A DNA stretch of 64,000 bases from Paraphysomonas bandaiensis (taxonomy: Eukaryota > Protista > Chrysophyceae). The stretch is from positions 581,416 through 645,415 of the forward strand of contig CBFFRP010000288.1 of assembly GCA_965644295.1 (NCBI GenBank), read 5' to 3'. The notes beneath the pieces were generated by a model. It did not search any database and had not been told where the DNA came from. It saw nothing but the letters and a program-made list of their open reading frames with translations. This document shows, one piece after another, positions 1 through 12,927 of the stretch (positions within the stretch are counted from its first letter, which is position 1; every line of letters starts with the position of its first letter). The position numbers and the translations under genes are program-made.

Positions 1-2317
1 ACCACGCCGCAGAGGTGGTGTTGTGTGAGGATGTTGCCCCTAAGGAGGATCAGGTTTGCAAATATTCAACTGAGAAAAACGAAATTGGTACAAACAACGG
101 CTCCTGTGTGCAACGAGAGGTGCGAAGAATACATGAGACAGAGAAGTATTCATCCGTTCGTCAGGACCCTTCGTCTCACATCTCTTCCTCATCAGCTTCG
201 AAAGTTCTCGGGGATGATGTGATGCATGTGGTATTGAGTGAAGCGGATAAGATGACGATTTCTTCACCTGCCACCCCAAGTAATAAAAGCACGAACTCTG
301 TGGAAAATATAGCGAAACCGCTACCAAAGCCCCCTCCCCTACATCTGGTGGGTTTGTCGGATCAATTCTTGGGGCATTCTCATCTCCTCGCGGCTCCATA
401 TTTCGAACTGCTAGTCCACCTTCCTCTCCTCCAGAGGGGTTAAACGAAGGCTCCAACCCAGCAGATATATCACCTCGAACATCGAAACATCAGATGTCAA
501 CAATTGGAATCGGTGCCGGTGCCAGTGCCAGTACGAAATCGCCATCTTCTTTACCCCGCGCCAGCAGCAGTACGCCACCTTTGGCTCGCCAAGATACTGC
601 AATTAATTCAGTACCCAGCTCCTCTACAGCAACAAAAAAACTCAAGCAATGGTGAAGAGTATTCGGCCGCTGTTCCTCTCTCCATTTCCCTGCCACAGTG
701 AGGGGGTCATGGCAATATCTATTGCTGCAGCTGATTCTAGTGTTATTTGCACTTGTTCCAAGGATGCGTACTTGAAAGTAAGTATATTCAGTGCTTTAAT
801 GTGTTGCTGTAGTATTATTTATTCCTCTGCGTCAACTCGCTTGGAATAATCGATGTGGGTGTCAGGTATTCAACATGGATAGCGATGAACGCAAGTACAC
901 GGCAACTATATCATCTCGACGAATATTCTCCCCATCTGATCCCAATCCTGTGAGCGCATGCTGTGTCACATCTGACGGATATTCTGTTTTCTTCGCTTGC
1001 TTCGACAATGCCATATATAGGTACCGACAAGTGGTGATAAATATCTGCCCGAAACTAATATGTGCATTTACAGCTACTCTATTACTAATGCCTGTATGTC
1101 GGGAAGAATTTTGGCCCATGATGACTGCGTCTCGGCGTTGGATCTAGATACTAGGTACGTTTCGCTCTCGCGGTGTAATATTTTTATATGATTACTACTG
1201 GAATGGCTTAGCTGCTCGTGGATGGTCAACTCGCTTGGAATAATCGATGTGGGTGTCAGGTATTCAACATGGATAGCGATGAACGCAAGTACACGGCAAC
1301 TATATCATCTCGACGAATATTCTCCCCATCTGATCCCAATCCTGTGAGCGCATGCTGTGTCACATCTGACGGATATTCTGTTTTCTTCGCTTGCTTCGAC
1401 AATGCCATATATAGGTACCGACAAGTGGTGATAAATATCTGCCCGAAACTAATATGTGCATTTACAGCTACTCTATTACTAATGCCTGTATGTCGGGAAG
1501 AATTTTGGCCCATGATGACTGCGTCTCGGCGTTGGATCTAGATACTAGGTACGTTTCGCTCTCGCGGTGTAATATTTTTATATGATTACTACTGGAATGG
1601 CTTAGCTGCTCGTGGATGGTGTCCGGATCGTGGGACACTGCAGTGAAGTTGTGGCGAGTGAACCGAGATGGAAGCGAACGTGAAGCCTACCTGGAGCTGT
1701 TTGAACATGAAACGTCAGTGGTTTCAGTCGCTGTCAACGACGGCTGCAGTTATGTGGCTGCCGGTGCGGAGGATGGGTCGCTGGTTGTGTGGGCGATCGA
1801 CCCTACAAATAGAACGAGTTCTGTTGCATTCACGAAGCTGATTAGCACTGCATGTAGAAGGTAAGAGCTGTTGCTACAAAGAAATATTTACATAATTTAC
1901 GTACTTCACATGTACAGACCTGTTTCTTGTGTTAAATGGCTGCCTCCCTGTCACGGGAAGCCTCAACAGATCGGATTTTCTAGTGAGCGACTGCTGTGCG
2001 CGACAGGGGATGGGCTTGTGGTATGTCTTGATGTTAACGGTCGGTTATTCGCTGCAACGAAAGTACAGTCAGCGGAAGGAGCTTCGATCGGTGTGAACTC
2101 ATTAGCTATAGATAGCAGAGGTATTGTGTATGGTGGATGCGAGGATGGGTCTGTGAGATCTTGGTGTATGGAAAAAGGGTTCCTCAAGGAATTATTAGTA
2201 CGGGAAAATGTACACGACGGTGGTGTAGCAGCTGTTGCAATCAGTGGTGATAGTAAAACTTTGATTTGTGGTGGAGAAAATGGTACTATTACTGCTTGGC
2301 TAATTGAAACCGAATAA
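1..2317 (+). CDS. 3' part of a spliced WD40-repeat protein, FAN/NSMAF (BEACH-WD40)-like; 5' end outside the window
   Basis: Spliced exons (866-1020, 1074-1154 and onward) read DNAIYSYSITNACMSGRILAHDDCVSALDLDTSCSWMVSGSWDTAVKLW...LFEHETSVVSVAVN, matching the WD40 region of FAN-type proteins. GT-AG introns at 778-865, 1021-1073, 1155-1211. Apparent frameshifts at homopolymers near 330 and 634-640. Confidence 0.7.
831..1618 (+). repeat. Exact 394-bp tandem duplication (831-1224 / 1225-1618) inside the WD40 gene
   Basis: Identical sequence and identical translated ORFs offset by 394 bp (875..1147 vs 1269..1541). Confidence 0.95.
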
Positions 2318-2429
2318 ATAATATAAGTGCATTTCATTGTTTAATATAGCTGAGCAATGTAGCTCAATTTAAATTAGACTGAATACGTAATGATTTTATA
2401 TTTGAGATGTAGTGTATGTACTAACAGAA

Positions 2430-4608
2430 GTTGACATTATTTGCTAAGGTTTACTATTCTCAACTGATAAGATGAAATTATAAACATTAAATGATAAAGA
2501 ACCTAAGTTGTGTTCGATGTGTTCAACACCATTCATTTACTACTATAGTGTACAAACCACACACTCAGTGATCGTATCCTGTATAGTCACCCACTTCTAC
2601 TTCAGTTTCATACTACACAATATAATGTACTAATTACATATATATCTTTCGATCCTTGCATCTCACATAATACTGCACTCAATTGCAAGTATATAGAATC
2701 TTCAGATCTCAACACTCCCCCTCAATTGAGTGTTGTACTATGACGCCTCCCAGCTATTGAATGCCTGAGATAAAAAAATTCTTGACAGTAAAATATACTC
2801 ATCTCTAAGTCTAAACCTCTGTCTAAAAAACTCAGTACCAACTTGCGTCTTCTTTTATCTCTTGGTCCCTCATGAAACACTTCAGTGGAACTCTTAATTT
2901 TCTCTCCAAGATTTCTCTTTCTCTGCTCCATATATGATAAACCAACCAATGACTTTGTATAAATATCTGCTGCTTGTTGCGATGTATGCATATGCACTAA
3001 CTTAATCGTATTGAACTGATTGGGATCCACGTGCTCTCTCACCATGTGATACGTAATCTCAATGTGCTTCGACTTCTTGTGAAACACTGGGTTTTCGGCC
3101 AAATCCTGGGCACTCTGACTGTCGATGAAGAATGGTGTGGGTTTGATGAGCCTCAACTTAATCTCACCCGTCACCCCCCGAACCCATAGCACTTCTTGGA
3201 GACCCGAGTAAATACACTGATACTCAGACTGCATGCTTGACGTTGCCACTGTCGTCTGCAGTTTCGACTGCCAGACAACAGGCCCTCCCGCTGCAAACCC
3301 AACGTACCCCGACGTGGACTTCCTGGAGAGCTGGTCTCCCGCCCAATCCGCGTCAGTAAACATATGGAAGTCGAACCGTCTACTCCCATATTGAACCCCT
3401 TTGTCAATAGAACCACGAATATATTGCCATACGTGTGTTAATAGCTTGCATACTTCAATATTCACCTTATTACTGAACCGAGACAGTACTCCCACTGCAT
3501 AGGCAATATCCGGCCTCGTGTTCATCGATAGGTATAGTAATGCACCTATCAGCGGCCGATATGGGAAGTTATCTACTATTAGCTGTTCCTCCTCGGTATG
3601 CTCATGCCGCGCCCCTTTTGCCACTAAATCCATTGCTTCCGCCGGTAGAGGACTCTTCCGTACCTTTCGCGGTGGCCCAAGGTACTTTTCAAACTTTTCT
3701 AAGATCTTAGCCGCATATACTGATTGGTCAAGACGAATATACTCTGGCGTTCTTGTGACTCGAACATTCAGAAAATGTTCCATCTCGCCCATATCCTTCA
3801 TATCAAACCGGGCACACAGTTGAGCTTTAATATCCTTCACTATGTTGACATCACGACCTAACACTAGGATATCATCCACATATATATATCGTTAATAATA
3901 TCAATTCATCGCCCTTATACTGATAATACAAACACGGGTCTAATACACATATGGTTTAAAATGCATAGATCGTATGAATTTATCCAATGTTTTCCACCAC
4001 GACCGCGGGGAACTCCGAAGCCCGTATAACGACTTCTTCAACTTTAAGCAGTACCCCTCAGGCAGCTGAAAGTCCGGAGTTGCCTTCATATATACGTCCC
4101 CCTCTATATCTGCATATAGAAATGCGTTAGACACATCCAGTTGATGAATTACCATGTTCATCACAAAGGCTATGGCGATTAACAGTCGCACTGTTACCCC
4201 CTTAACAACGGGCGCGAAATGGTTCGCCCAACCACTCGACTGCTGTCCACAACCGATTGCTACAAGACGAGCCTTATATCGGCGGACCTCTCCCTCCTTA
4301 TCGTACTTCTTTCCATAGACGTACTTGGAGTGCAGTGGGACGACTCCGTCCGGTATATACGAGTCACCTAACGCAGCATTACAGGTAGTTAGATTAGGCA
4401 TATCAGAAAATCTGACAAGAGTATTGACTGCATATAGAGGACCAGGAAGAGGTACGAGCACATACCACTGGTTAATAGTATCTACCAGACACCTAGTAAG
4501 ATTAGACGTCATTGCACGTAGTAAGAAGTTATCCACGGGTATGAGCATATATAAGGTACCCGACTGATGCATCACGGCATAGCCCTTTGCCACATCTCCA
4601 ATCGTCTC
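2430..4608 (-). mobile_element. 5'-truncated Ty1/copia LTR retrotransposon (RT-RNase H, PPT, 3' LTR)
   Basis: ORFs 3940..4593 and 2722..3879 carry YKARLVA, HQLDVSNAFLY, LKKSLYGL, YVDD, TRPDIAYAV, DADWAG and KHIEI. Minus-strand PPT GAGGGGGAG at 2723-2715 is followed by TGTTG (LTR start 2714). The distal LTR end (about 2430) is approximate. Confidence 0.9.
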
Positions 4609-7600
4609 ATATAGAACTGACTGAAGAACATATGAGAAACAGATGTTGCTGAGGACAGATGTTTCAACATATGTTAGACGAATATGTAGTGAAGTGTTCA
4701 GAATAATAATTATAATTTCTTACTTGAAAGTGCATTGTGTTCAACAGCAAGGTTAAGGTTTACGTGTAGAGCAAAGTTAACTTCAGTGAAATGTCCATTG
4801 TTAACATGGTAGCGAGTGGTAGCTCTGATGAGGCGAAGGAGGACAGCAAGGTGCTGAAGTTTGACAAGTGAAACGACACGTGTGTTGTAACGATTTGGGA
4901 GGCATGTGAACATGACGCAGATGTGTTGGAGGGTGCCAACCGATACATGGAGGCGACTACTAGACGATGATCCGAATAAGGAGGTTTTGTCCAATCATAT
5001 GCTTCAAACGCTGGTGGATAGGTCTAGGAGTGAGTTGGGAGTAGTACTCCAAAAGACTACAGCGAAATACCAGCTTGTAAATATTGGCCAATGATATGGT
5101 CGAAATAGAGATTGATAGGCGGAAATGTATTTTCTACTAAAACTGCCTTGTACACTGAGCAGAGCAGCAGAGCAGTGCAAATGTTCATAGTTAACGAGCA
5201 GAGAGTGCTGAACATACACATGAACAGAGACAGAGACAGAGTTCATCGGCGGAATGGTGCTAATATGTAGATGATGATGTCTCATCTGGAGGGGAGTCCA
5301 ATATGATAGATGGTGAAGTGCTTATGACTGAAACAGTAGACCAACGAGTGTATTTAGACAGTTGCGTCGGATAGCAGCTATTCGTTGTTGTTAAAGATCA
5401 TAGAGTGCTAGAGAAATATTATGAAGCAGAGCCAGGAGTCATATCTCTGACGAAGAAGGGGTCAGCAATGGAGACTCAAGGAGTAAGAAGCTTTCAACAC
5501 TGGCAAAAGAGAAGGCATCAAAGTATGTGAAGATGCGGTGACGAATATTGTCTCAGGCGGAATGCTGCGGGCACTGGTGTGTGGATTGGAACTACTTAGA
5601 GTACCGAGAATTGTAGAGTTAAACACTGGTAGAGAGGTGCTGACTGGAGACTATGATGAGCATGGAGGAATTCCATGGGAGGCACTATATAATATTATGA
5701 CGTTTTGAATTTGCCTATTATTACGTCATCATGCCATCATGTAATGGAGGAAAATGCCAAGGAGGACAGTAAAGTTAGTGGATGTTGCCTTATGTGTGTC
5801 TTCCTGGGAGGAAAGGTGCCCGAGTTATCCTGGTTGAGAGGAAATGGGGTGCAAGGCGTATGTATTAGTCCCGAAGGCCGATAGACGGAAAGACTGGGAA
5901 GAAAAGGCACAAACAGGATATTTTGTGGGTTTCCCAACGAGCAGATCATGGGGTATCAAGTGTTGATAGTAGGAGATCAATAGTCACGTCTGTTCATGTC
6001 CTGTTTGATGTATCAGTGCCCTAGAGATCGGCTGATTACTACCGAGAAATGGACTAAGCCACGGTGGCAGTGGTTCCTCAGGGAGGAGTGTTATCGACAA
6101 AACCCATGTGAAGATGGCGGCCAACTGTACAGCAAGACCACGCGAATATAGATTCGGAAAGAGGTCTAACTGTGGGATATAGATCCCTGATGTCAGGTGG
6201 TGAGTTGCAACTGGAAGTTAAGACTCCTATTCACATCATCGCGGATGAGTGAAGACCTCTTGTGACAAGAGTATCTGCTAGTTCTGGATCTCGTGACGAC
6301 GGGACCAGCGGACATTTGTTACAGCAGTTGACTGGGACGGTTCCATCCCCTTCTGACTTCGTAAGTGCTCCGGGAGAGGAAGCTCCATCAGATCGCTCAA
6401 CTAGGGGCAGGCGCACAAGGGTGGTGACGAATGTGTCAGTAGTAGGGGAGAAGCACGTATTACCTTCGTGTGACGAAGTGGAGTGCAGCCTACTAGAGGA
6501 GGCAGATTCCATCTGGTGCTCGTCAGCGGGACCTGAGGCGCCTCAGACATATTCCGAATCCTTGGAGTTGCCGGAACGGAAGCAATGGAGTTCAGCCAGG
6601 CTGAATGTGACGAACTGGAACGAAGGGAAGTAATGGAAGTTAAGCCCATACCTACCCCAGTGTCACTCCATTGAAAGCAAGACAGGCTGAGCGTGACAGA
6701 CTGGAACGAAGGGAAGTAATGGAAGTTAAGCCCATCATCCCTACCCCAGTGTCACTGCAATTTGAATCCTGAGTATGTCTTTGCTTTGAAACGCAACAAG
6801 GAGGGTGCGATTCCACGATAGAAAGCAAGACTTGTGGTACTTGGATGCGGAGGCCATGAGGTTGGTAGAGCCAACAATTATACTCCAGTGGTAAAAGCGG
6901 TAACAGTAAGATTGTTATTAGCTATCACGTTTGTTATGAATATGGTGGTGCATCAACTCGACGTATCTAATGCATTCTTGTATATGCAGATATAAAAGGA
7001 GATGTGTGTATAAGTATGCAACACCAGATTTCAAATTGCCACCAGGATATTGCTTTAAACTGAAGAAAAGTTTATATGGTCTTCGAAGCTCACCACGGTC
7101 ATGATGATAATATGCTGAGAGCATGTCGAGATACGAATATTATTTTGGAAATTAAGCGACGAGTATGTGAAAGGTTCGATATTACAGATATGAATGAGAT
7201 TGGCTAGTTTTTGAACGTGAGAGTGACGAGAACTCCGAATTGTCTCAAACTTGACATGACAGTGTTCATCAAAAAGATATTGGTGAAGTATGTGGATTTT
7301 CTGGGTGTCCAAGGGACAAGATGCGGCGATACCCACTACATAGTGATGTCATGGATAGGATCAAAGTGGGAGTGGAACATGTGCATTCGACTGAAGAGCA
7401 GGAATTAGTTGACAATTTTCCCTATCGTCCACTAATAGGAGCGTTACTCTATTTATCTATGAATACAAGGCCGGATATCTCATATGCAGTGGGAGTATTG
7501 TCACGATTCTCAACGAAAGTTAATATCACTGTATGTAAGCTCATGATGTATTTAATGCAGTATGTACGAGGTACTACAGATAAAGGCATTCATTATAGAG

Positions 7601-8595
7601 GCGATCCGTTGAGAAGGAGGTCGACTTCAGGATATAATATGTTTGGAGCTAGTGGACCACTATCGTGGGGTTCTAAACTTCAGTCTACTGTAGCTACATC
7701 GACTATGAAAGCAGAGTATCAATGCTTATATAACGGATTACAGGAAATGATATGGTCTCGGGGGGTGACTAGAGAAGTAGGGTTGAAAATTGACGAGCCC
7801 ACACCATTATTCCTGGATAGTCAAAGTGCTCAGGATATTTCGGAAAATCCAGTGCAACATCAACGATCGAAACAACATATTGAGATTAAGTATCATATGA
7901 TTAGAGAGCATGTGGATCCCGAACAGTTTAATACAGTGAAATTAATTCATGTGAGCAGTCGACAACAGATTGCTGATATTTATACCAAGGATTTGTGTGG
8001 TCCAATATTCATTGAACAGAGGGAGCGAAATCTTGGGGAAAATTTAAGACTAGTGAACAAATTATCGCAGAGGTACCCAAGGTAAAGAGAGCTCGTCGTA
8101 ACTAGTTAGGTGTGAATGAATGGTGGGAGCTAGCTATATACTAGCGGAGTCATACGTCCACCAGTGTCCTATGAGGTTCGGTGGTTGCGTATCCGATAGC
8201 AATGTTCTTCACAAATTTTAGAATGGTTAACTACATCCAATTGAGTGGGAGTGTTGAGTTCTGCAATATGATGTGATATATATTGTGCAATTGAAGTGAG
8301 TGAACTGTGTACAATAGGTAAAGTCAACTCATAGGTGTAACGGGTGATTATAGTTACAAAGGAATTAAATTCAGTTACTGATGTGTGACTATACAAGATA
8401 TAGAACTGACTGAAGAACATATGAGAAACAGATGTTGCTGAGGACAGATGTTTCAACATATGTTAGACGAATATGTAGTGAAGTGTTCAGAATAATAATT
8501 ATAATTTCTTACTTGAAAGTGCATTGTGTTCAACAGCAAGGTTAAGGTTTACGTGTAGAGCAAAGTTAACTTCAGTGAAATGTCCAATGTTAACA
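4609..8595 (+). mobile_element. Degenerate Ty1/copia LTR retrotransposon with partial 5' LTR, PBS, pol remnants, PPT and full 3' LTR
   Basis: 4609-4806 matches 8398-8595 with one mismatch seen. TGGTAGCGAG PBS follows 4806. RT/RNase H remnants at 6780-8085 (PYRPLIGALLYL, TRPDISYAV, HIEIKYH). PPT GAGTGGGAG precedes the TG...CA LTR. Confidence 0.9.
8252..8595 (+). repeat. 3' LTR (344 bp, TGTT...AACA)
   Basis: Starts TGTTGAG right after the PPT and ends TTAACA; its 3' 198 bp are repeated at 4609-4806. Confidence 0.88.
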
Positions 8596-8876
8596 AAATA
8601 GTCAATCCAGTTTAATTACTATAACTTTTCTCAACGATCTTAATTGTTAAAATGACCAATCGTCAATAGGTTGCAGTCAGTTTCCCTATGTTTTTAGCAG
8701 CTGCTGTTGAATAAATACTGAAGCGTATATAAACTTGTTGCTAAAAGGAATCATAATTTATGCTTTATTTCACCACCGCTTCATATTTCGAAATCAATTT
8801 ACACGTTACATCATTCACCTCATCACAAAATGATACAAAAAAATGAATTTGCAGGAAACAAGAGTATCGTGACAAG

Positions 8877-10250
8877 TTATGACGTTGTGCTTTTATTGCT
8901 CACTGACATTGGTCTTACTGCATTGGCTTTATCGCCAAATCCATACTGGCTTCCTGTAGTAGCATTTGTAGTCTGTCCGCCAGCAAGCCCAGTTCCCGCG
9001 GTTAAACCACTTCCTTCTCTTAAATCAATCCCATTTAAGTTCAGCTCATTCGACGCCTTGTACGCTTTATATTCAGAAGAAATTTCAATTAAGTCCATCA
9101 TGCGGGCGTGGATAATGTCGAGGTTGAAAGACAGTAGCTCAGAGAGGGTGCACTCTTTATTAACAACAGCAACTTGATTTCTGTTGCGGACTGTGGCCTG
9201 ACACCTTGCGAAAACATTCTTTATAGACTGCACAACCTGACTAGTCTCTCTGGCAATGTTCTTGGCCTGGTCCTCATGCAACTCTTTTTCTTTCTCCTCC
9301 TTCTTTGTCCGAGCTCGAGTCTCTTCGAGTTCCTTTTGATTACGCTGAAACAGACTGTTGCTTACCAGTAAATGATTCTGAGTTTCCATCTTCAGTGATT
9401 GCAGCTTCGCTCGAAGTTCATTTACTCCATTTTCCAGCTAAATACATATTAACCATTAAAAATTCCAATAAGCACAAATTCTAATATTCGTACCGAGTCT
9501 ACATGGACCATAAGATCCCTGTTGGCCCCTTTAAGGGTGTCGTATCTGCTTAATATATCTGACACCTCCTCATAACTAACATCTCCTGCATCCAGAAATT
9601 GTTCCAAATATATTCTATAGCAAGCTTTTTTCTCTGACCACAAAATTGCATTACAAGCAGGCCTAGTGAGTGTAAATTAACTTACGGAGTTGTTTCTCAA
9701 GGTCCTTCTGTGCATTCTCCATGTCCTCAATTTTACTCAACAAAGTGTTCATTTCTTGGCACTTCTGCTCGTATGTTTTCCGCTCTTGTTTTGCCTTTGC
9801 TTCTGCTCGCTGTCGTTTCGCATCGTTCTCTTGTATAAACTTTTCAAACTTCAGTACTTGCTCTCTCATCTTCGCTTGCTTTAATTCGAACTGCATTCTG
9901 CGCTCCTCGCATGCTTCCATTCGGTTTTTGAATTCCTCCTTCATGAGTTCCAGAGCTTCATCGACCTCACGCATTTCCTTCCGTTTTTTCAACAAAAGGG
10001 TTGATTGAGAAGTCTAAATAGTACTTTAGAAGATAACTACAAGGGAAAAGAAAAGTATGACCTGGGTTGCCCCGGCTAGAAGTGCTTCCAACTCTGCAAT
10101 TTCTCTTTTAACCTCTGCCCTGCAATATAAATTTAGAAGTGAGAAGGAGTTATAACGCATGTCTATATGCATGTACATTTTCTCTCCCTTTTGGGTAAGG
10201 AAAAAACCTCCCGTGTTGACTTTGCTAGCATTTTGATGCACACTTGTCAT
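8877..10250 (-). CDS. Cilia/flagella coiled-coil protein, CFAP73/CCDC42 (DUF4200) family, spliced
   Basis: LLKKRKEMREVDEALELMKEEFKNRMEACEERR...KFEKFIQENDAKRQRA is the DUF4200 signature. Exon ORFs at 9663-9995, 9449-9643 and 8877-9389 are separated by short introns. Confidence 0.8.
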
Positions 10251-10769
10251 ATTCGGCAGATTGATCGGTTAATTAAGACTCCTCTAATAATGAGCTAAAC
10301 GCAGAAAACGTGCTACGATGATGACTGATTACTTTTATCTGCAATTAGAGTATTACAAATCTAAATGTCAAACATGTTTTGTGTTCATTATTTGCGTCCA
10401 TCTCAAACACAGAAACCGTTGCACTGGAATGTTATCATTATTTTTTTGTATTTCGTTGCAATTCCTGTTTTTTTGTAAATTGCTGGGTTTTAAGAAGGTG
10501 AATTTTAGGAATTTGGGAAATATTGTATACTTCTATTTTCCCACCCTAAAAATTAACCTATTCTACCTAAAACCCTACATTTTCTTTACAGTTCTTTCTC
10601 TCGTTTGTCTCATCAGCAGCAGTGCCGATGAGAACAGAAGTTTTCTTCATGTATGGCCGGAACTGACTGCAACAATACTACGTACATTCTGAAATATATG
10701 CCATTGAAAAGAAATTATAATATATAACACTTTCAAGCTCTCATTATTATCAACGTTTTTATCGCAAAC

Positions 10770-11335
10770 ATGAACCGCCTTGTTTCTCGTACCTATTTCC
10801 TCTCTCGTCGCAGTGTGAATATGCGGTTTCAAGCCTCACGCACTTATCATGACAATGTCATTGATCATTATGAAAATCCACGAAATGTAGGCTCTCTTGA
10901 TAAAAAGTCTAAAAGAGTTGGCACTGGACTTGTTGGGGCTCCTGCTTGTGGAGACGTTATGAAGCTTCAGTTTGAAGTCGATGATAACGGTAAGTACATC
11001 CATCTTTTAACACTATTTTATAAGTACATTCCATGCTGGGTAGGAACGATTATTGATGCGAAGTTCAAAACTTTTGGTTGTGGGAGCGCAATTGCGTCAT
11101 CATCTGTCGCAACTGAGTGGCTAAAAGGTCGTCAAGTGGATGACTGCTTAACGATCAAGGTCGGTGTGGATAAACTACTTTTTGGGAATGTTATTGTTTG
11201 ATGGTCTTGTCGCAGAATACCGATATTGCTGCCCACTTGAAGCTTCCTCCTGTCAAGCTCCACTGTAGTATGCTGGCTGAAGATGCCATCAAATCGGCCG
11301 TTGAGGATTACAAAAAGAAGAACACTGCCGAATAG
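10770..11335 (+). CDS. ISCU: Mitochondrial Fe-S cluster scaffold IscU/ISU1 (exons 10770-10989, 11044-11159, 11216-11335)
   Basis: YHDNVIDHYENPRNVGS, GAPACGDVMKLQ, FKTFGCGSAIASSS and LPPVKLHCSMLAEDAI; Arg/Ser-rich N-terminal presequence; in-frame GT-AG introns. Confidence 0.97.
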
Positions 11336-12147
11336 AAATACTAACCTCTCAGCTTTTTGAGTTCACCTAGTTTCTGACTCAGTACTATGATTTATATTAC
11401 TGCTGTTTTCTGTGCAGCCTCCAAGCAGTATGGGTAAGTATAGTATATTTCAAATAGCTGAATACGCTTTAATTCATAAGTCCGTTATTATAACATCTAA
11501 TAATAAGCATTCGACAACGTTTCTCCTGCCGCCTTTCGAGAGTGCATCAGTCATTTAGTAGGATTTGCCAGTACAATTGCCAAGCAACGTATAAATACTT
11601 GGACAAAGACGCCTTTTCGGCTGCTATTGAAGAGTATGTGCAATTATTGATGGCGCTAGTTCCTCTCCCTGGGTTTGCCAGGGCTGCATAACAATTCACG
11701 CAGGTTGTAGACAATTATAATCATTCTTATTATTTGCGCCCCCAATTATATACAATGGTACATACTCAAGTACCTATACATTAGCTTCCAACATAGCTTG
11801 CTCAACTGTTTTATCGTTCCAGAGGCGACAATTCATTCGAAAGACAGAATTAGCTATTCATGCCGAAGAGTCATACTCTTGCGCGAATCAGTCATAACAA
11901 TTTCAGCTCCAGTGAATAATCTTTCAACCTTATTGATTATGGCATACAATTGCTTTAGGCTGCGGTATCGAGTTTGCTTGTTTAAACGTGCTCGCCTCGG
12001 CTGCTTGTGTTCTATTGAGTGTTACATATGAGAAAAAGCAATTAAAAGTTGTATTTCAAGGCATTTCAGTTATGACTGTTAGTTGAAGAATACATTGGTT
12101 GTAGTACATGAATTATGTTACAGAAACTAAGATTCCACCCTCCACAA

Positions 12148-12650
12148 AGCCGAACTCGCACCTTTTCGTGGTTTTCTGGGGGATAAATACCGGAGAGATT
12201 TCTCCAGGAAACTATTAGTAGTAAATAGTAACCTTCCAGCGAGCACTTAAATTGAAATTATTACGTATATTCCATCCAATTTAATTTCAATTCAATGAAT
12301 TGATACGTAGCCCTGGCTTTGAGTGATAGAGCGAAAGTGGTTGCACCTTGGTGCTTGCGGTGACGCACAAGTAGCGTTAAATAGTAGGATATTAGAGTTA
12401 AGCACCGACACTTAAACTAAATTGGTTCTGACTCTTCTTGCGGCGACGCACAAGCAGCTTTCGTAGCGTTAAATAGTAGGATAAAAGAGTTTGTATTGAT
12501 TAGTTACGGGTAGTGGTCTAACTAGTATGACTAGCATTCTTCTAGCCACTAATTGATGCAAGGTCTCAACGCCTATTGCTAAATAATCAGACATTCACTA
12601 TGTTCTGACTCTTAAACGCATATTGCTAATCATAAGATATTCACTACTAC
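12148..12650 (+). repeat. Dispersed repeat family B, copy 1 (probable non-LTR 3' end or SINE-like), with internal duplications
   Basis: Shares GCACCTTTTCGTGG.., GGTTGCACCTTGGTGCTTGCGGTGACGCACAAG, TAGCGTTAAATAGTAGGAT and terminal AGACATTCACT with copies at 21.7/24.3, 25.2, 39.5 and 40.5 kb. Confidence 0.75.
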
Positions 12651-12927
12651 CTTAGAAATTCAGCTTTAATTGCTTACGAACAGCAAAATCCAACAATACA
12701 GAGGCATATAGGACGTATGATATTGCTCCCTAACCCTGTACAGTTCAATGACAACGGGAAAACGCCAGAGCATTACATGTGAATATTCTTCACTTTGCGT
12801 TCATGACACGCATTGGACGCCTGAATCGTAACACAAATGATGTCTCACGAAAAAGTTACATCTAAAATTTGACCGCATAAATAATACTAAACCACAAAAA
12901 AGTAAAATTAAATGAGACTAAATCTGT

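Noticed and set aside
284-655. Two apparent -1 frameshifts in the WD40 gene as programmed recoding
   Set aside because: Both coincide with homopolymers (C-run near 330, A7 at 634-640); single-base sequencing deletions are the simpler explanation.
6597-6762. About 80-bp tandem duplication in copia pol
   Set aside because: Ordinary decay within a dead element.
11340-12140. Possible gene between ISCU and repeat B
   Set aside because: No convincing ORF or motif found on either strand.
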